From positions 1-44,087 of the forward strand of contig JANOCH010000251.1 in assembly GCA_031412015.1 (NCBI GenBank): 44,087 nt of DNA, given 5' to 3'. Both the position numbers and the translations under genes were made by a program. Of this stretch, positions 29,351-40,300 are shown piece by piece. The notes beneath the pieces were generated by a model. The model saw only the letters and a program-made list of their open reading frames with translations. It made no database searches and was not told where the DNA came from. The stretch comes from Chitinophagaceae bacterium (GTDB lineage: Bacteria > Bacteroidota > Bacteroidia > Chitinophagales > Chitinophagaceae). Within the stretch, counting starts at the first letter, position 1. Each line of letters begins with the position of its first letter.

Positions 29351-29734
29351 TTATTCCGGCGCTTTTCTAAAATTTAGTTTATCCAGCACAATATCAATTG
29401 ACTTCCTGCTAAAGGGTTTTCTCAAAAAATAGTTAATGCCTTCCGCTATCGCTTTTTCTTTTATCCAAAGGGACATATCGGCTGTCATCATGATAATTTT
29501 TATTGCCGCGTCAGATGATTTGATATTACGAATAAAGTTTACTCCTAAGCCATCTGGAAAACTATTGTCAAGGAAGACCACAGTAGGCTTCAGGTAAGCG
29601 AGGCAGTCTTCGGCCTCTTGCAGCGTATGAACACACAATACATGTATCTTCCTGTCCTTGAGTATATTTTCTAAAAGACAGGCAAGATCAACATCGTCAT
29701 CAATTATCATTGCGGTTTGTACGGGCAATCCCAT
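29351..29734 (-). CDS. Stand-alone response regulator receiver (CheY-like)
   Basis: IIDDD, FLDNSFPDGLG, MMTA and FLRKPF motifs; no output domain. ATG 29734 preferred. Confidence 0.88.
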   Translation of the reverse strand: MGLPVQTAMIIDDDVDLACLLENILKDRKIHVLCVHTLQEAEDCLAYLKPTVVFLDNSFPDGLGVNFIRNIKSSDAAIKIIMMTADMSLWIKEKAIAEGINYFLRKPFSRKSIDIVLDKLNFRKAPE

Positions 29735-29887
29735 GGGATCAGGCTTTAAAAATAAGCAGCAAAAATGCCGCCCGTTTTTGTTAGCGGGATACAAAGGGTA
29801 AAGTGATTAAGGCTTTGCTCAAATAGGAACAGGATTCCCCACTTTAAATGGTTTGTCTCTACCCATTTATTGTTATTAGTTTTTTTA

Positions 29888-29905
29888 CGTAGGAATATTC
29901 CTGAT
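29888..29905. promoter_or_regulatory. Putative response-regulator box (variant)
   Basis: CGTAGGAATATTCCTGAT with a central perfect 12-bp palindrome AGGAATATTCCT; same 18-bp geometry as the boxes at 36120 and 36659. Confidence 0.45.
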
Positions 29906-29944
29906 ATGGTGGCTGGTAAAAAGTAAGAATTTGAGAAAAAATGA

Positions 29945-30172
29945 TCAGGCTATTTTCTTTGGGGGCAGATCGAAAGCAATAGCTTCATGTTCAAAATGTC
30001 CTTTGTGGGAGCCGTCACAAAAAGGTTTATTCTTTGATTGACCACAGCGGCAGATCGAAACAATGGTTCTTCCGGCCAAGCCATATTGATTGCCGGTACT
30101 GTCTGTAATTTCAAAATCGCCTTCAATTTTAACCGAGCCATTATTGTTGATCGTAAGTTTTGTTGTAGCCAT
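29945..30172 (-). CDS. CDGSH iron-sulfur domain protein
   Basis: Exact CRCGQSKNKPFCDGSH motif; ATG 30172. Confidence 0.93.
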   Translation of the reverse strand: MATTKLTINNNGSVKIEGDFEITDSTGNQYGLAGRTIVSICRCGQSKNKPFCDGSHKGHFEHEAIAFDLPPKKIA

Positions 30173-30325
30173 TAATTTTAAATTTATGGGCAAAGTAAGT
30201 TAATTATAACAATAGAATCTAAAAGAATGTAAGCCCTATGCCAGTTGGAAAATAGCGGTCGAATAAAAAACAATGTAGCATGCAATCCATTGATTTATTA
30301 ATTTCATTTAACAAAACCATCCACT

Positions 30326-30814
30326 ATGGCTATCCGCATTTTTGTTACCGGCGGTACTTTTGACAAGGAATATAATGAACTCAACGGCGAATTGTATTTT
30401 AAGAACACACATCTCCAGGATCTGTTGGAAATGGGTCGCAGTAAAGTGGCGGTAGTCATCACAACACTTATGCTGATCGACAGCCTTGAAATGACCGACA
30501 AAGATCGCGAAGCTATCCTACAGCAATGTATTAGTTGCACCGAAGACAAGATCATTATTACCCACGGTACTGATACCATGACGGTAACAGCCAAACTGCT
30601 CGCGGAAAAAATAAAAAGTAAAACGATTGTCTTGACCGGCGCCATGATACCCATTAAGTTTGGTAGCTCCGATGGATTATTTAACCTCGGCAGCGCATTA
30701 GCCTTTGTGCAAACTTTGTCTCCGGGGGTGTATGTAGCCATGAATGGCCGTTATTTCAATTGGGATAATGTTCGCAAGAACAAACTCACCGGACGGTTCG
30801 AAGAATTGAAATGA
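30326..30814 (+). CDS. Short-chain L-asparaginase-like protein (catalytic N-domain only)
   Basis: TGGTFDK, HGTDTM, LTGAM and SDGLFNLG motifs; only 162 aa. Confidence 0.88.
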   Translation: MAIRIFVTGGTFDKEYNELNGELYFKNTHLQDLLEMGRSKVAVVITTLMLIDSLEMTDKDREAILQQCISCTEDKIIITHGTDTMTVTAKLLAEKIKSKTIVLTGAMIPIKFGSSDGLFNLGSALAFVQTLSPGVYVAMNGRYFNWDNVRKNKLTGRFEELK

Positions 30815-31007
30815 TTTTTTTCTACCCAAGCCATGTCATATATTGCTTTTCTTCCAATTGTAAATAACCTTCTCTTTCTCCTTCTGTCAGAAATCACACG
30901 GCAAAAGTTCTGAATAACCCCGCATATATAAAAACCTGTTAAACAAGTTTACTGACTTACCAAAGGGCATGAAAACTGCGTTAGTGAAAGATCTAATTTA
31001 AATCATC

Positions 31008-32189
31008 ATGTTCCTGAGAAAGGTCACTGCTATTTTATTGCCTGTGCTTTTGTTTATAGCCGGGTGTAAAAAAGATAAAAATGCTTCTGATAACACCAGT
31101 TTATCCCCTGAAGACTGTATTCAATCGGGTGCGGTCGGTAACGGGGAAGTTGTGGCTGGCAGGTACATTGTTGCTTACAAACCATCCTCCGTAAGTGCAC
31201 GTGGGATGACCGCAGAACGACTGAATACTATTGGTACCAATGTTCTGAAAAGGAACAGCATTAGTGAAAAGGCATTAAAGGCAAGTTTTGCGGGCGAACC
31301 CGGAGGGTTCATCGCGGAATTATCGATCGAGGAAGCAGGCATACTCAGCCTGGACGAAAATATAGAGGCGGTTGAACCAGACAGGATCATTTCATTAGGC
31401 TCCTGTTTTACCGTGGCGGCGCCAAGACTTATTACCTGGAATATTAACAGGGTGGGCTATGGCAATGGTATTGGAAAAAGAGCCTGGATCATTGATACAG
31501 GAATTGATTTTGACCATCCCGACCTGACGGTGGATGCAGCAAGAAGTAAGTCCTTTATCAAAGATATAAGTTCAGCAGAAGACGAGAATGGGCACGGCAC
31601 GCATGTAGCCGGTATTATTGGTGCGAAGAATAATACATTTGGAGTATTAGGTATTGCGTCAGGGGCTTCGTTGGTTTCCTTGCGTGTATTGGATAAGGAT
31701 GGTGAAGGTCTTCTATCTTACATGATCCAGGCACTGGCTTATGTCAATAGCAATGCATCTCCCGGTGACGTCGTGAACATGAGTGTTGGAAACGACGAGG
31801 GGATTTCTTCTACGCTTGATCAGCAGGTTCGTACTACAGCAGCAAGAGGGATTCTTATCGCTATTGCCGCCGGCAATGAAAAGGACTTGGCGAATAAATA
31901 TTCTCCGGGAAGAACCAATGCTGAAAATGTTTACACGGTATCAGCTATCGATAGTCTTGACAATTTTGCATCATTCTCTAATTATGGAAATGATGTAGTG
32001 GATTATGCGGCTCCCGGCGTTCGTATCCTTTCTACCTTTTTTAACGGACGATATGCTTATATGAGTGGTACATCTATGGCGGCACCGCATGTAGCCGGGT
32101 TGCTTCTGTTGAAAGGAAAAGGAATTACTTCTTCCGGGACAGCCAAAAAGGATCCTGATGCAGTTCCCGATGCAATTGCGCATTATTGA
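31008..32189 (+). CDS. S8 subtilisin-like serine peptidase lipoprotein
   Basis: IAGC lipobox; I9-like propeptide; triad IDTG / HGTHVAG / GTSMAAP; AAGN oxyanion motif. Confidence 0.93.
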   Translation: MFLRKVTAILLPVLLFIAGCKKDKNASDNTSLSPEDCIQSGAVGNGEVVAGRYIVAYKPSSVSARGMTAERLNTIGTNVLKRNSISEKALKASFAGEPGGFIAELSIEEAGILSLDENIEAVEPDRIISLGSCFTVAAPRLITWNINRVGYGNGIGKRAWIIDTGIDFDHPDLTVDAARSKSFIKDISSAEDENGHGTHVAGIIGAKNNTFGVLGIASGASLVSLRVLDKDGEGLLSYMIQALAYVNSNASPGDVVNMSVGNDEGISSTLDQQVRTTAARGILIAIAAGNEKDLANKYSPGRTNAENVYTVSAIDSLDNFASFSNYGNDVVDYAAPGVRILSTFFNGRYAYMSGTSMAAPHVAGLLLLKGKGITSSGTAKKDPDAVPDAIAHY

Positions 32190-32246
32190 TACAATTCGGG
32201 ATGTCAGCGGCAGTATTGTTTTAATCTTTTCACAACAACAGCGCCT

Positions 32247-32254
32247 TACATTTG
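32247..32254 (+). promoter_or_regulatory. Bacteroidota -7 element (TACATTTG)
   Basis: Exact TAnnTTTG match 40 nt upstream of ATG 32295. Confidence 0.55.
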
Positions 32255-32294
32255 CTTATCCTGATGGTATATATCTAAAAGGGATAACCAATCG

Positions 32295-32744
32295 ATGACG
32301 TTCAAGCAAAAAGTATACAGCCAATATCTTCAGTCGATAAACGATAAGATAGGTTTACTCCGAAATACGATGAATGATCTGAAGGAAAGCAGCAGCAACG
32401 AAACAAAGAGTACCGCCGGTGATAAACATGAAACGGCATTGGCCATGCTCCAAATTGAGCAGAAAAATATAAGCCAACAACTCAAAGAAGCATCGGATCA
32501 AAAAATATTATTGGAACAAATAAATCCCGCCGTCTGTAAGCACGAGGCAGGAACCGGCGCTCTCCTAAAAACCAATAAAGGCTATTTATTTTTAAGTATA
32601 GCATTGGGTAAAATAATGGTTGATGGAGTTACCATTATAGCTATTTCACCCCGCTCACCCTTAGGACAAAAGCTACTTGGTCTAAAAGTAAATGATACTG
32701 CTGAAGTTAATGGTAGCCAATACGTGATTGAAAGTATTTTATAA
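32295..32744 (+). CDS. GreA/GreB-like protein (Bacteroidota type)
   Basis: Coiled coil with ETKSTAGDKHET tip; ISPRSPLGQKLLG C-terminal motif. Confidence 0.8.
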   Translation: MTFKQKVYSQYLQSINDKIGLLRNTMNDLKESSSNETKSTAGDKHETALAMLQIEQKNISQQLKEASDQKILLEQINPAVCKHEAGTGALLKTNKGYLFLSIALGKIMVDGVTIIAISPRSPLGQKLLGLKVNDTAEVNGSQYVIESIL

Positions 32745-32792
32745 ACTGATCTTTTGCAAGGTCATTTTTAAAATATTGATCTTGAGCCACAT

Positions 32793-32800
32793 TACATTTG
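32793..32800 (+). promoter_or_regulatory. Bacteroidota -7 element (TACATTTG)
   Basis: Exact match. It overlaps the track's TTG start, which implies the real start is ATG 32813 or 32816. Confidence 0.55.
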
Positions 32801-32812
32801 CACGATACTATA

Positions 32813-33376
32813 ATGATGGACAGTACAGCAACGATCATTGATCAGACAAAAAAATGGATAACCAGTGTAGTGATTGGTTGTAATTTTTGTCCTTTTGCAG
32901 CCAGGGAAGTAAAAAGAAATAGTATTCATTACCAGGTAGAAACCGCCCATGACGTTAATCTTTGCCTGGGGGCTTTTTTGCGGGAATGTGTTCGTTTAGA
33001 TAATGATGAAGCGATTGAAACGACTTTGCTGATCTTCCCGAACGCCTTTCAAACTTTTGACGCCTACCTTGATCTACTTTCTTTAGCCGAAAGAGCAATT
33101 AAGAAAAAAGGATATGAGGGAATATACCAGGTAGCCAGCTTCCATCCGTTGTATCTTTTCGCGGATTCACAAGACAATGATGCGGCTAATTATACAAATC
33201 GTTCCGTCTATCCCATGCTTCATTTGTTACGGGAAGAAAAAGTTGAACAAGCTCTTCTACATTATCATGACCCGGAACAAATACCTGAAAGAAATATTCA
33301 ATTCGCCCGTGAAAAGGGCATAACCTATATGAAAATGCTAAGAGATTCCTGTTTGGACAACAACGATATTGTTTAA
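32813..33376 (+). CDS. DUF1415 family protein
   Basis: VVIGCNFCPFA, ETTLLI, YQVASFHP and YTNRSVYPMLHLLRE motifs. Confidence 0.9.
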   Translation: MMDSTATIIDQTKKWITSVVIGCNFCPFAAREVKRNSIHYQVETAHDVNLCLGAFLRECVRLDNDEAIETTLLIFPNAFQTFDAYLDLLSLAERAIKKKGYEGIYQVASFHPLYLFADSQDNDAANYTNRSVYPMLHLLREEKVEQALLHYHDPEQIPERNIQFAREKGITYMKMLRDSCLDNNDIV

Positions 33377-35577
33377 TTCTCATTGACGGGAATCGTAACA
33401 GTAAGCGTACAGCCAGCTCCCGACGAAGATCTAACTTCTGCTGTTCCATTGTAAAACTGCGCCCGTTCATGAATATTGGATAAGCCTATTCCCTGCCTCG
33501 TTTGCTTAGGATCGAATCCCTTTCCATTGTCTTTCATTACCAGCATTACACTGTTTTCTGTGCTGTGAAGTGAAATTTGGGTAGTGGTAGCCCTGCTGTG
33601 TTTAATGATATTTTTAAGCTGCTCCTGTATTATCCGGAACACGGTTATTTTTTTACCGGATGAGAGTACTTCATCTTCCACTTTGTGGTCAAACGAAAGT
33701 TTTAATGTTCCGGCTAGTTGAATATCTTCAATCAGCACCTTTATATTGTTTGCCAGGTTTTCCTCTTTTAATTGCGGTGTCACCAGTTCCCTTGAAAGTT
33801 TCCTTATTTCTTCGATGGCCATGTGCAGGTATTCAATGCTCTTGTCTTTTAATTGTTTTTGTTCTGCATTGGCAGTGTTAACTCCACCAAAAAACAATTT
33901 AACCGTTGATAACAACTGGTTGACATTATCATGCAGTTCATGACCGATACGGCTCCTTTCTTTTTCCTGTACTTTGATGATCGTTTCAGATATTTCTTTC
34001 TGACGCTGGAGGCGAACATCGGCTAATTCGTTTTCCAGTTCTTTAATTGATGACACATTCTGTAAAGAGCCAATCATTTTTACGGGAAGACCATTTTCAT
34101 ATACCACAAACCCTTTATCCTGTATATGTTTGTAGCTGCCATCAGCGCATTTGAACCGATATTGATCCTGCCAGGATTGCTGCACATTGTCCGTAGCTTC
34201 TTTGATTTTATCGCCCAGGCGGTTTCTGTCCTCCGGGTGGATACGGCGTAACCACCAGGAAAGTCCTTTTGAGTTATCAGGCTGGTAACCGATCATTTCC
34301 ATTAATGTTTCATTGCGGAATATTTGCCCGCTTTGCATGTCCCATTCCCATATAGCATCCGATGTGGCCTTGCTAAAGTTTAAAAGCCTTTCCCTTGCGT
34401 CTTTCAATTCTTTTTCCAGGTTACTTTTATCCACCACATTGATAGCCTGGCCACCAACCAATTTTTTGCCCGATACATTTTTAATAGGGAAAAGGTGGAT
34501 GTGAGATACGGAATGAGATCCATCCGCCCATTTTATTTTTTCAGACGTCTGCACGGGTTTACCTGTCTCAAAAACTTTCAGGTGGTTTTCAAAAACGGCC
34601 CGGGTAACGGCCGGAGGTACCATATCCGTAACTCTCCCGGATGAACCATCTTTTTCATTAACGCCAAAATGCCGGTACAAAGCATTGCTGGCAAAAAGGA
34701 GATTGGCGTCTTCGTCAATAACCCAGGCCAGGTCAGGTGTTTCCTGTAAAAAAGCGCTGATAATGGCTTCACGTTCTTTCAGCTGGTTTGACAACCGGCG
34801 TTCGGAAGTAACATCGATAATGTTGGATACTACAGGAAATTTCCCGTCGAGCTCTTCTTCTAAAAGAGGTTGCGAGTTAAATAGAATCCACCGGTCTTCT
34901 CCGTTTTTTAAACGAATGACCAGTGTTTGTGTTTGTAATCGTCTTGTTTTGGCGGCCCTTACAAAAGGCGTTTCCTCAAATGGAACAGGCTGACCACTTT
35001 CGTTGGTAATGAGCCATTGGTTCTTCCAGAGTGCGTTGATGTTTTTTAGTTGGTATAAATTTTCAAGGGTTGTTCCGAAGATGCTGGCGACTTTTTGGTT
35101 CATCGCAATAAGATCTCCGTTCATTTCATGAAAAACAACTCCGTTTAATCCTTCTATGATTGAATGACAGTTATTTTTCAAAAGACGGTTAAAACGGCGC
35201 ATTCTTTCATCATCCGCTATTTTGTAACCAACGCATAGAAAAGTTTTATTAACCTTCGACAGATCAGTTAGGGAGGTTACCCTCCATTTCGTAGGGTGAT
35301 AAATGCCGTTCTTAATATATAATTCTACCCCGTTTTCCTTCGAACTTTTAGTTGGCTCAAGCAGCGTGTTTTTAAATTCATCAATATTTATGGGATGTAT
35401 AAGATCAAAAAAGCTAGTAGAGACCAGGCGGGGGTCGCTGATCTCCAGGTCTTTTATCATCGTAGCGTTGGCGCAGGTAATAAGACCGTCCTCGTTGATC
35501 AGAGTGAGGAAGAGGTCGGTGTGGTCATTATTGTCACCAATGATTTTCTTTATAGCGCTCCAACTGGTTTTTTTCAT
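33373..35577 (-). CDS. Cytoplasmic multi-PAS sensor histidine kinase (HisKA_3/NarX type)
   Basis: No TM; several PAS/PAC domains (IHPEDR); H-box IGHELHDNVNQ; N-box QEQLKNIIKHS; DNGKGF; GIGLSNI. Confidence 0.92.
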   Translation of the reverse strand: MKKTSWSAIKKIIGDNNDHTDLFLTLINEDGLITCANATMIKDLEISDPRLVSTSFFDLIHPINIDEFKNTLLEPTKSSKENGVELYIKNGIYHPTKWRVTSLTDLSKVNKTFLCVGYKIADDERMRRFNRLLKNNCHSIIEGLNGVVFHEMNGDLIAMNQKVASIFGTTLENLYQLKNINALWKNQWLITNESGQPVPFEETPFVRAAKTRRLQTQTLVIRLKNGEDRWILFNSQPLLEEELDGKFPVVSNIIDVTSERRLSNQLKEREAIISAFLQETPDLAWVIDEDANLLFASNALYRHFGVNEKDGSSGRVTDMVPPAVTRAVFENHLKVFETGKPVQTSEKIKWADGSHSVSHIHLFPIKNVSGKKLVGGQAINVVDKSNLEKELKDARERLLNFSKATSDAIWEWDMQSGQIFRNETLMEMIGYQPDNSKGLSWWLRRIHPEDRNRLGDKIKEATDNVQQSWQDQYRFKCADGSYKHIQDKGFVVYENGLPVKMIGSLQNVSSIKELENELADVRLQRQKEISETIIKVQEKERSRIGHELHDNVNQLLSTVKLFFGGVNTANAEQKQLKDKSIEYLHMAIEEIRKLSRELVTPQLKEENLANNIKVLIEDIQLAGTLKLSFDHKVEDEVLSSGKKITVFRIIQEQLKNIIKHSRATTTQISLHSTENSVMLVMKDNGKGFDPKQTRQGIGLSNIHERAQFYNGTAEVRSSSGAGCTLTVTIPVNEN

Positions 35578-35633
35578 TCAGGGTATTTTAGTAAGATCAG
35601 ATTTTAAAACACATCTTTTTTAAAAAAATTGTA

Positions 35634-36029
35634 TCATCTAAGAACAAATGTATGGGTAAGGGTAATGTTCGTTAAAACAGAAGGCACAAGGTCGAACTCA
35701 GTTGTTTTATCAAGAAAGTGCATGGCGCCAAGTTTTTTGCATTGCTCCCTATAATAACCTTCGGAATGATTGGAAAGCATTATAACATTGCAGGCAGACC
35801 CCCCCTCTTTGATTTTTTTCAACAGGCTGATGCCGCTTTTTCCCGGAAGAGTAATATCCAATAAAACAGTATCTTGTTTATTCAGGTCAAGCTGCCAAAC
35901 AGCTTCATCAAAATTACCGGCTGAATGGATGCTACCGACATAATCCAACTCGCCAAGCATCACTTTCATCCGTGTTACAAAGCCAGGATTGTCATCCACA
36001 ATCAGCACTGAAATAGTCTTATTACTCAT
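35634..36029 (-). CDS. Stand-alone response regulator receiver
   Basis: LIVDDN, LLDITLPGKSG, MLSN and FLDK motifs; no HTH. ATG 36029 preferred. Confidence 0.88.
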   Translation of the reverse strand: MSNKTISVLIVDDNPGFVTRMKVMLGELDYVGSIHSAGNFDEAVWQLDLNKQDTVLLDITLPGKSGISLLKKIKEGGSACNVIMLSNHSEGYYREQCKKLGAMHFLDKTTEFDLVPSVLTNITLTHTFVLR

Positions 36030-36119
36030 GGGTGTATTAAGCCGGCAAAATAATACGGAATAACACAAAAAGAAATAGATGCGTTTATTTTTGTTTTGTA
36101 TGGAAGAATACGGGACCGC

Positions 36120-36137
36120 TGTAGAATAACAACTACA
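36120..36137. promoter_or_regulatory. Putative NarL/UvrY-type response-regulator box TGTAG-N8-CTACA
   Basis: TGTAG-AATAACAA-CTACA, about 90 nt upstream of ATG 36029. Confidence 0.6.
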
Positions 36138-36173
36138 TGAAAACGCTTAAAAATAGCAGCCCCCAAACATGAT

Positions 36174-36557
36174 TTATTGACCGGAGTTTTTTGCATTGGC
36201 GAGAATGCGTCGTGCAGAGGTAATAAGATCATGGGGCAATGAGTCTTTGCAAATAAATTCCTCAGCGCCTGCGTTTAGAACACGGGTTCTATACTGATCT
36301 GCCGGATAGGTACTGATAATCAGTACGGGTAAATTATTTTTGGCCTGTTTAATTTTTTTAAGTGCCAAAAATCCACCACCCCCCGGCATAGCCAGGTCCG
36401 ATATAACCAGGTCCCAATGTTCATTCAAAACTTTTTCGAGAAGGGATGGAATGTCGTTAGCTTCTTCAATATGAGCCGCAGGAAATTCCTCCTGCATGAT
36501 CTGTTTCACTGCCTGCATTACAACCGGATGGTCATCAGCAATAATAATCCTTAACAT
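36174..36557 (-). CDS. Stand-alone receiver, paralogous to the receiver domain of the adjacent NarL-type regulator
   Basis: IIADDH, ISDLAMPG, PVLIISTYPADQY and FICK motifs; no HTH. ATG 36557 preferred. Confidence 0.88.
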   Translation of the reverse strand: MLRIIIADDHPVVMQAVKQIMQEEFPAAHIEEANDIPSLLEKVLNEHWDLVISDLAMPGGGGFLALKKIKQAKNNLPVLIISTYPADQYRTRVLNAGAEEFICKDSLPHDLITSARRILANAKNSGQ

Positions 36558-36658
36558 AAACAAAGGGGGGTGCTGATTAGCAGGGCAGAACTGCGGACAC
36601 CATTTTGCAAAATACCTATTCAAAAAGTAGGCTTTTGTAGGATAGCGTTTGTAAATCG

Positions 36659-36676
36659 TGTAGAGTTTATACTACA
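36659..36676. promoter_or_regulatory. Putative NarL/UvrY-type response-regulator box TGTAG-N8-CTACA
   Basis: TGTAG-AGTTTATA-CTACA, about 100 nt upstream of ATG 36557. Confidence 0.6.
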
Positions 36677-36686
36677 AAAAAATGTT

Positions 36687-37316
36687 TCAGATCAATTTTC
36701 TTTCGAGGGCATAACGGGTAAGTTCCGCATTTGAACGGATGCCCATTTTTTCGAGTATCCGGGCCCTGTAGGTGCTAACTGTGGTGGTACTCAGGGATAA
36801 TTTGCCGGCGATCTCCGAAACGGACTTGCCGGAAGCGATCAGCTTAAAGACATCAAATTCCCTGTCGGACAAAAGTTCATGTGGCAACTTAGATGAATTG
36901 TCGTGAAAAGCATCGGCCAGTTTTTCCGCGATGGAAGGAGTAATGAATTTCTTACCAAGCTGTACTGTTTGGATCGCTTTGATAATATCATCGTGAATGC
37001 TTTCTTTTTGAAGATAACCTGCAGCTCCGGCCTTTAAAACCCTTAGGGCATATTGATCTTCAGGATACATACTCATGATCAGTACGGGTATATCGGGGGC
37101 CACTTGTTTTAGTTGGTTCAGGGCATCAAGCCCGCTACGACCCGGCATGTTCATGTCACAGACGACAATATTCCAGGTATTATTTATTACTTCGGCAAGT
37201 AATCCTTCCGTATCAGCAACCTCCCCGATGACAGCGGAAGGGTATTCTTCGAGCAGGATCTGTTTTAGCCCTTTGCGGACAATTGCGTGGTCATCAGCGA
37301 TAAGGATCTTTAACAT
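36687..37316 (-). CDS. NarL/FixJ family (UvrY/GacA-like) DNA-binding response regulator
   Basis: Receiver (ADDHAIVRKG, CDMNMPG) plus LuxR HTH (LSDREFDV...LSTTTVSTYRARILEKM). Confidence 0.95.
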   Translation of the reverse strand: MLKILIADDHAIVRKGLKQILLEEYPSAVIGEVADTEGLLAEVINNTWNIVVCDMNMPGRSGLDALNQLKQVAPDIPVLIMSMYPEDQYALRVLKAGAAGYLQKESIHDDIIKAIQTVQLGKKFITPSIAEKLADAFHDNSSKLPHELLSDREFDVFKLIASGKSVSEIAGKLSLSTTTVSTYRARILEKMGIRSNAELTRYALERKLI

Positions 37317-37324
37317 GGGTCAAA

Positions 37325-40300
37325 TTAATTTACAAATATTTCCTCTGGTAACGGAACGATAACAGTTACGGTAGTGCCCTCTCCTTTTACTCCTGCAATA
37401 CTATAAATACCACCCATCATCATCGTTCTTTCTTTCATTCCAAGCAAACCCAGCGTTTTTTTGTTTGTCTCTGGTTTTTCCTCGAAACCGTTTCCATTAT
37501 CCTTTATCGTTAAAATTAACTGTTTATCTTCTTGTTTCAGGGAGATATCCACTTTTTTCGCTTCTGAATGCCTGGCAACATTGGTCAGTGACTCCTGGAA
37601 TATCCTGAACAAACCGATTTTTAAAGCATCCGGTAATGGGAGTTCTGATTCCGGCAGGTGTAACGCTGTCAATATACCAGAACGCCGTTCGAATTCTTCA
37701 AGGTGCCATTCCATAGCGGCCAGCAAGCCAAGATCATCCAATAAGCTTGGCCGAAGCTCCGAAGCGATTCGGCGAACCGTTTTTACCGTCGTATCAACCA
37801 GGGAAAGTATCTCGGTAAGTTTCTCTTTGGCAAGATTATTATCCGGTTCAATTTTTTTGTTGAGCCAGGATAGATCCATTTTTAGCACGGTCAGCAACTG
37901 GCCGAGCTCATCATGAATTTCACGGGCAATATGTAGTCTTTCCTCTTCCCTTACGTTTTGCAGGTGCCCGGTCAATGTGCGTATTGATTCATACGACTCT
38001 TTTAGTTTCTCTTCTGCGATATATTTTTCGGTAACATCATTGGCCAGTACGAGGCGGGTTTTCTGTCCTTTGTATAAAATATCATGGGTTACAATATCGA
38101 CATACATGATGACCCCGTTCTTCTTAACATGACGCCAGATGCCCGCATGATAAATGCCACGGAAATTGGTATTGGTTGATGTCTTGAACAGCTCTATGTC
38201 TTCTTTGGGCCTGAAATCCAGAACAGAAAGTTGAAGAAATTCCTCTTTACTGTATCCATATTGTACCAGGGCTACTTCATTTACATCAATGATATTGTAT
38301 TCAGGTAGGCTGAGCATCCACATTGACAGGGGATTGCTGTCAAAGAGCAACTTATATTTCTGCTCGGATGCTTTCAGCTCTGTTTCTGCCTTCTTTCTCT
38401 CAGTAATATCAATTCCATTGCCCAATAAGCAGGGGCCCCCTTCATAATTGATCAATACTGCTTTGAAGTAGTAGGGAATTTTTTCACCTGTTTTGGTTAG
38501 AAAATGTGCATCGGCATCGTTGACTCCTTTTTGAAAAACGCCTGCGATCCTTTCTGTAATGTAACTTTTTTCCTCTTCGGGGAAGAACTCGATGGGGTGC
38601 ATACTTGCGATCTCTGTCGTTGAATAGCCCGTGACTTCCTCAAACTGTTTGTTCCATCGTATGAATTTCCCATTGGCATCATAAAAATAAAATACCCCGG
38701 GCAGGCTATCTATTAGTTTATCGGCAAGGTCTTTAACCTTATTGATCTCCTTTTCCGATCTTTTTTTCTCCGTAATGTCCCGGATAAAGATGGATAGTCC
38801 GTTGGGAGAAGGATAGATAAAGTTTTCCTGCCAGATATCGAACGGAGCATAGTGATCGGTGTTGCTGACATATTGTTGTTCTTTCATGGCTTTGTTAAAA
38901 GCCTCATAGGTGGAGGAACCAACAGCATCCGGAAATTCTTCCCATACATTCTTCCCGATCATCGAAGCTGGATCAGTATGTGTTAATTGACCAGCTTTTT
39001 TATTCATATACGTATAACAGAAATTTTTATCCAGGGCGATGAAGCCATCAGTAACCCGTTCAAATATTTCTGTTAGTTCACTTGTTTTTTCCTCTACCTT
39101 GCGTGAAAGCTCCTCGTTAAATGTCTTCAACCTATCTTCTATTTTTTTGCGTTCTGTTATATCTCGTATAAATCCGATAAAGAAATGTTTTTTATCAAGT
39201 AATAAGGGTGATATTCTCAAGGATATATCTACTTCGGATAGATTTTTTTTTATCGCCCAAAGATCAATGGTCCTGCCAAGTATTGTACTCTCTCCTGTAT
39301 TCAGGAATCGATCTAATCCTTTTCTATGTGCTTCCCGGAATTGAGCAGGGATGATTATATCACTTAAAGATCTGCCCAATACTTCCTCCGCCTTCCATCC
39401 GAAGAGATTTTCCGATTCAGCATTCCAACGGGTGATCAAACCCATACTATCAATAACCACCACAGCATCGGGTGCATTATCAAAAATCGCCTGAATATGG
39501 GATTCACTGTTTCGCAAAGCGTCTTCTGATTGTTTCCTCAACAGATCTCTTTTATTAAGCAAGGAGGCATTGTACCAGGTGATACCTGCAAAAATGATAA
39601 TGACACTTAATACATAGATGGCGACACCAAATTCATAGTTATAAAGACCCTCCCAATTTCCATAAAGCCGTAATAATCCCAGCGCAGCCGGGATAATAAT
39701 GGCGGCAGGGATGAGGAAACGGGCCATTAAGCTGCCACTCAACGTGCTGGTAAACTCTTTCATTATTCCTTTGCCAGAATCAGCAAATAGGATACTTATG
39801 GCAAAAAGAAAAAAGCAAACAGCGGTAGAAGCCGCCATCGGTATATAGGTAAGAAAGCCATAAAAACTTTTTACCCTGTATAAATACCCTAGTAAAGAGA
39901 GCATACCCATTAATACGATGACCAATGCGATATAGTGGGAAGGTTTTTGTTTTTTAGCATTTTCGTGAGAAAAAAAAAGTAAAGAGACGCCGGTCAATAC
40001 AAAACAGAAAGCAGTATTAGGCGCCATACGATTAGGCAAGTTGGCTGCTTTAGCTACTAATAACTTATTGGTAAATAAAAAAGTGTCGATGGGAAGATCA
40101 AGACCAAAAGCAAGGCCCCCGAATTTAAGTAGACCAACCAATAATATAACAGTAGCCAGAATGTAGGCGATTTTCCTGTAAGCATAATTTGTAAACAACC
40201 ATAACGAAATACCGGATAGGATAAAGCCAATAGCTGAAACAGGATTCATAGCTACCGTCGTAGAAAAAGGATCTTTCAATAGCTCAATACTAAATTGCCA

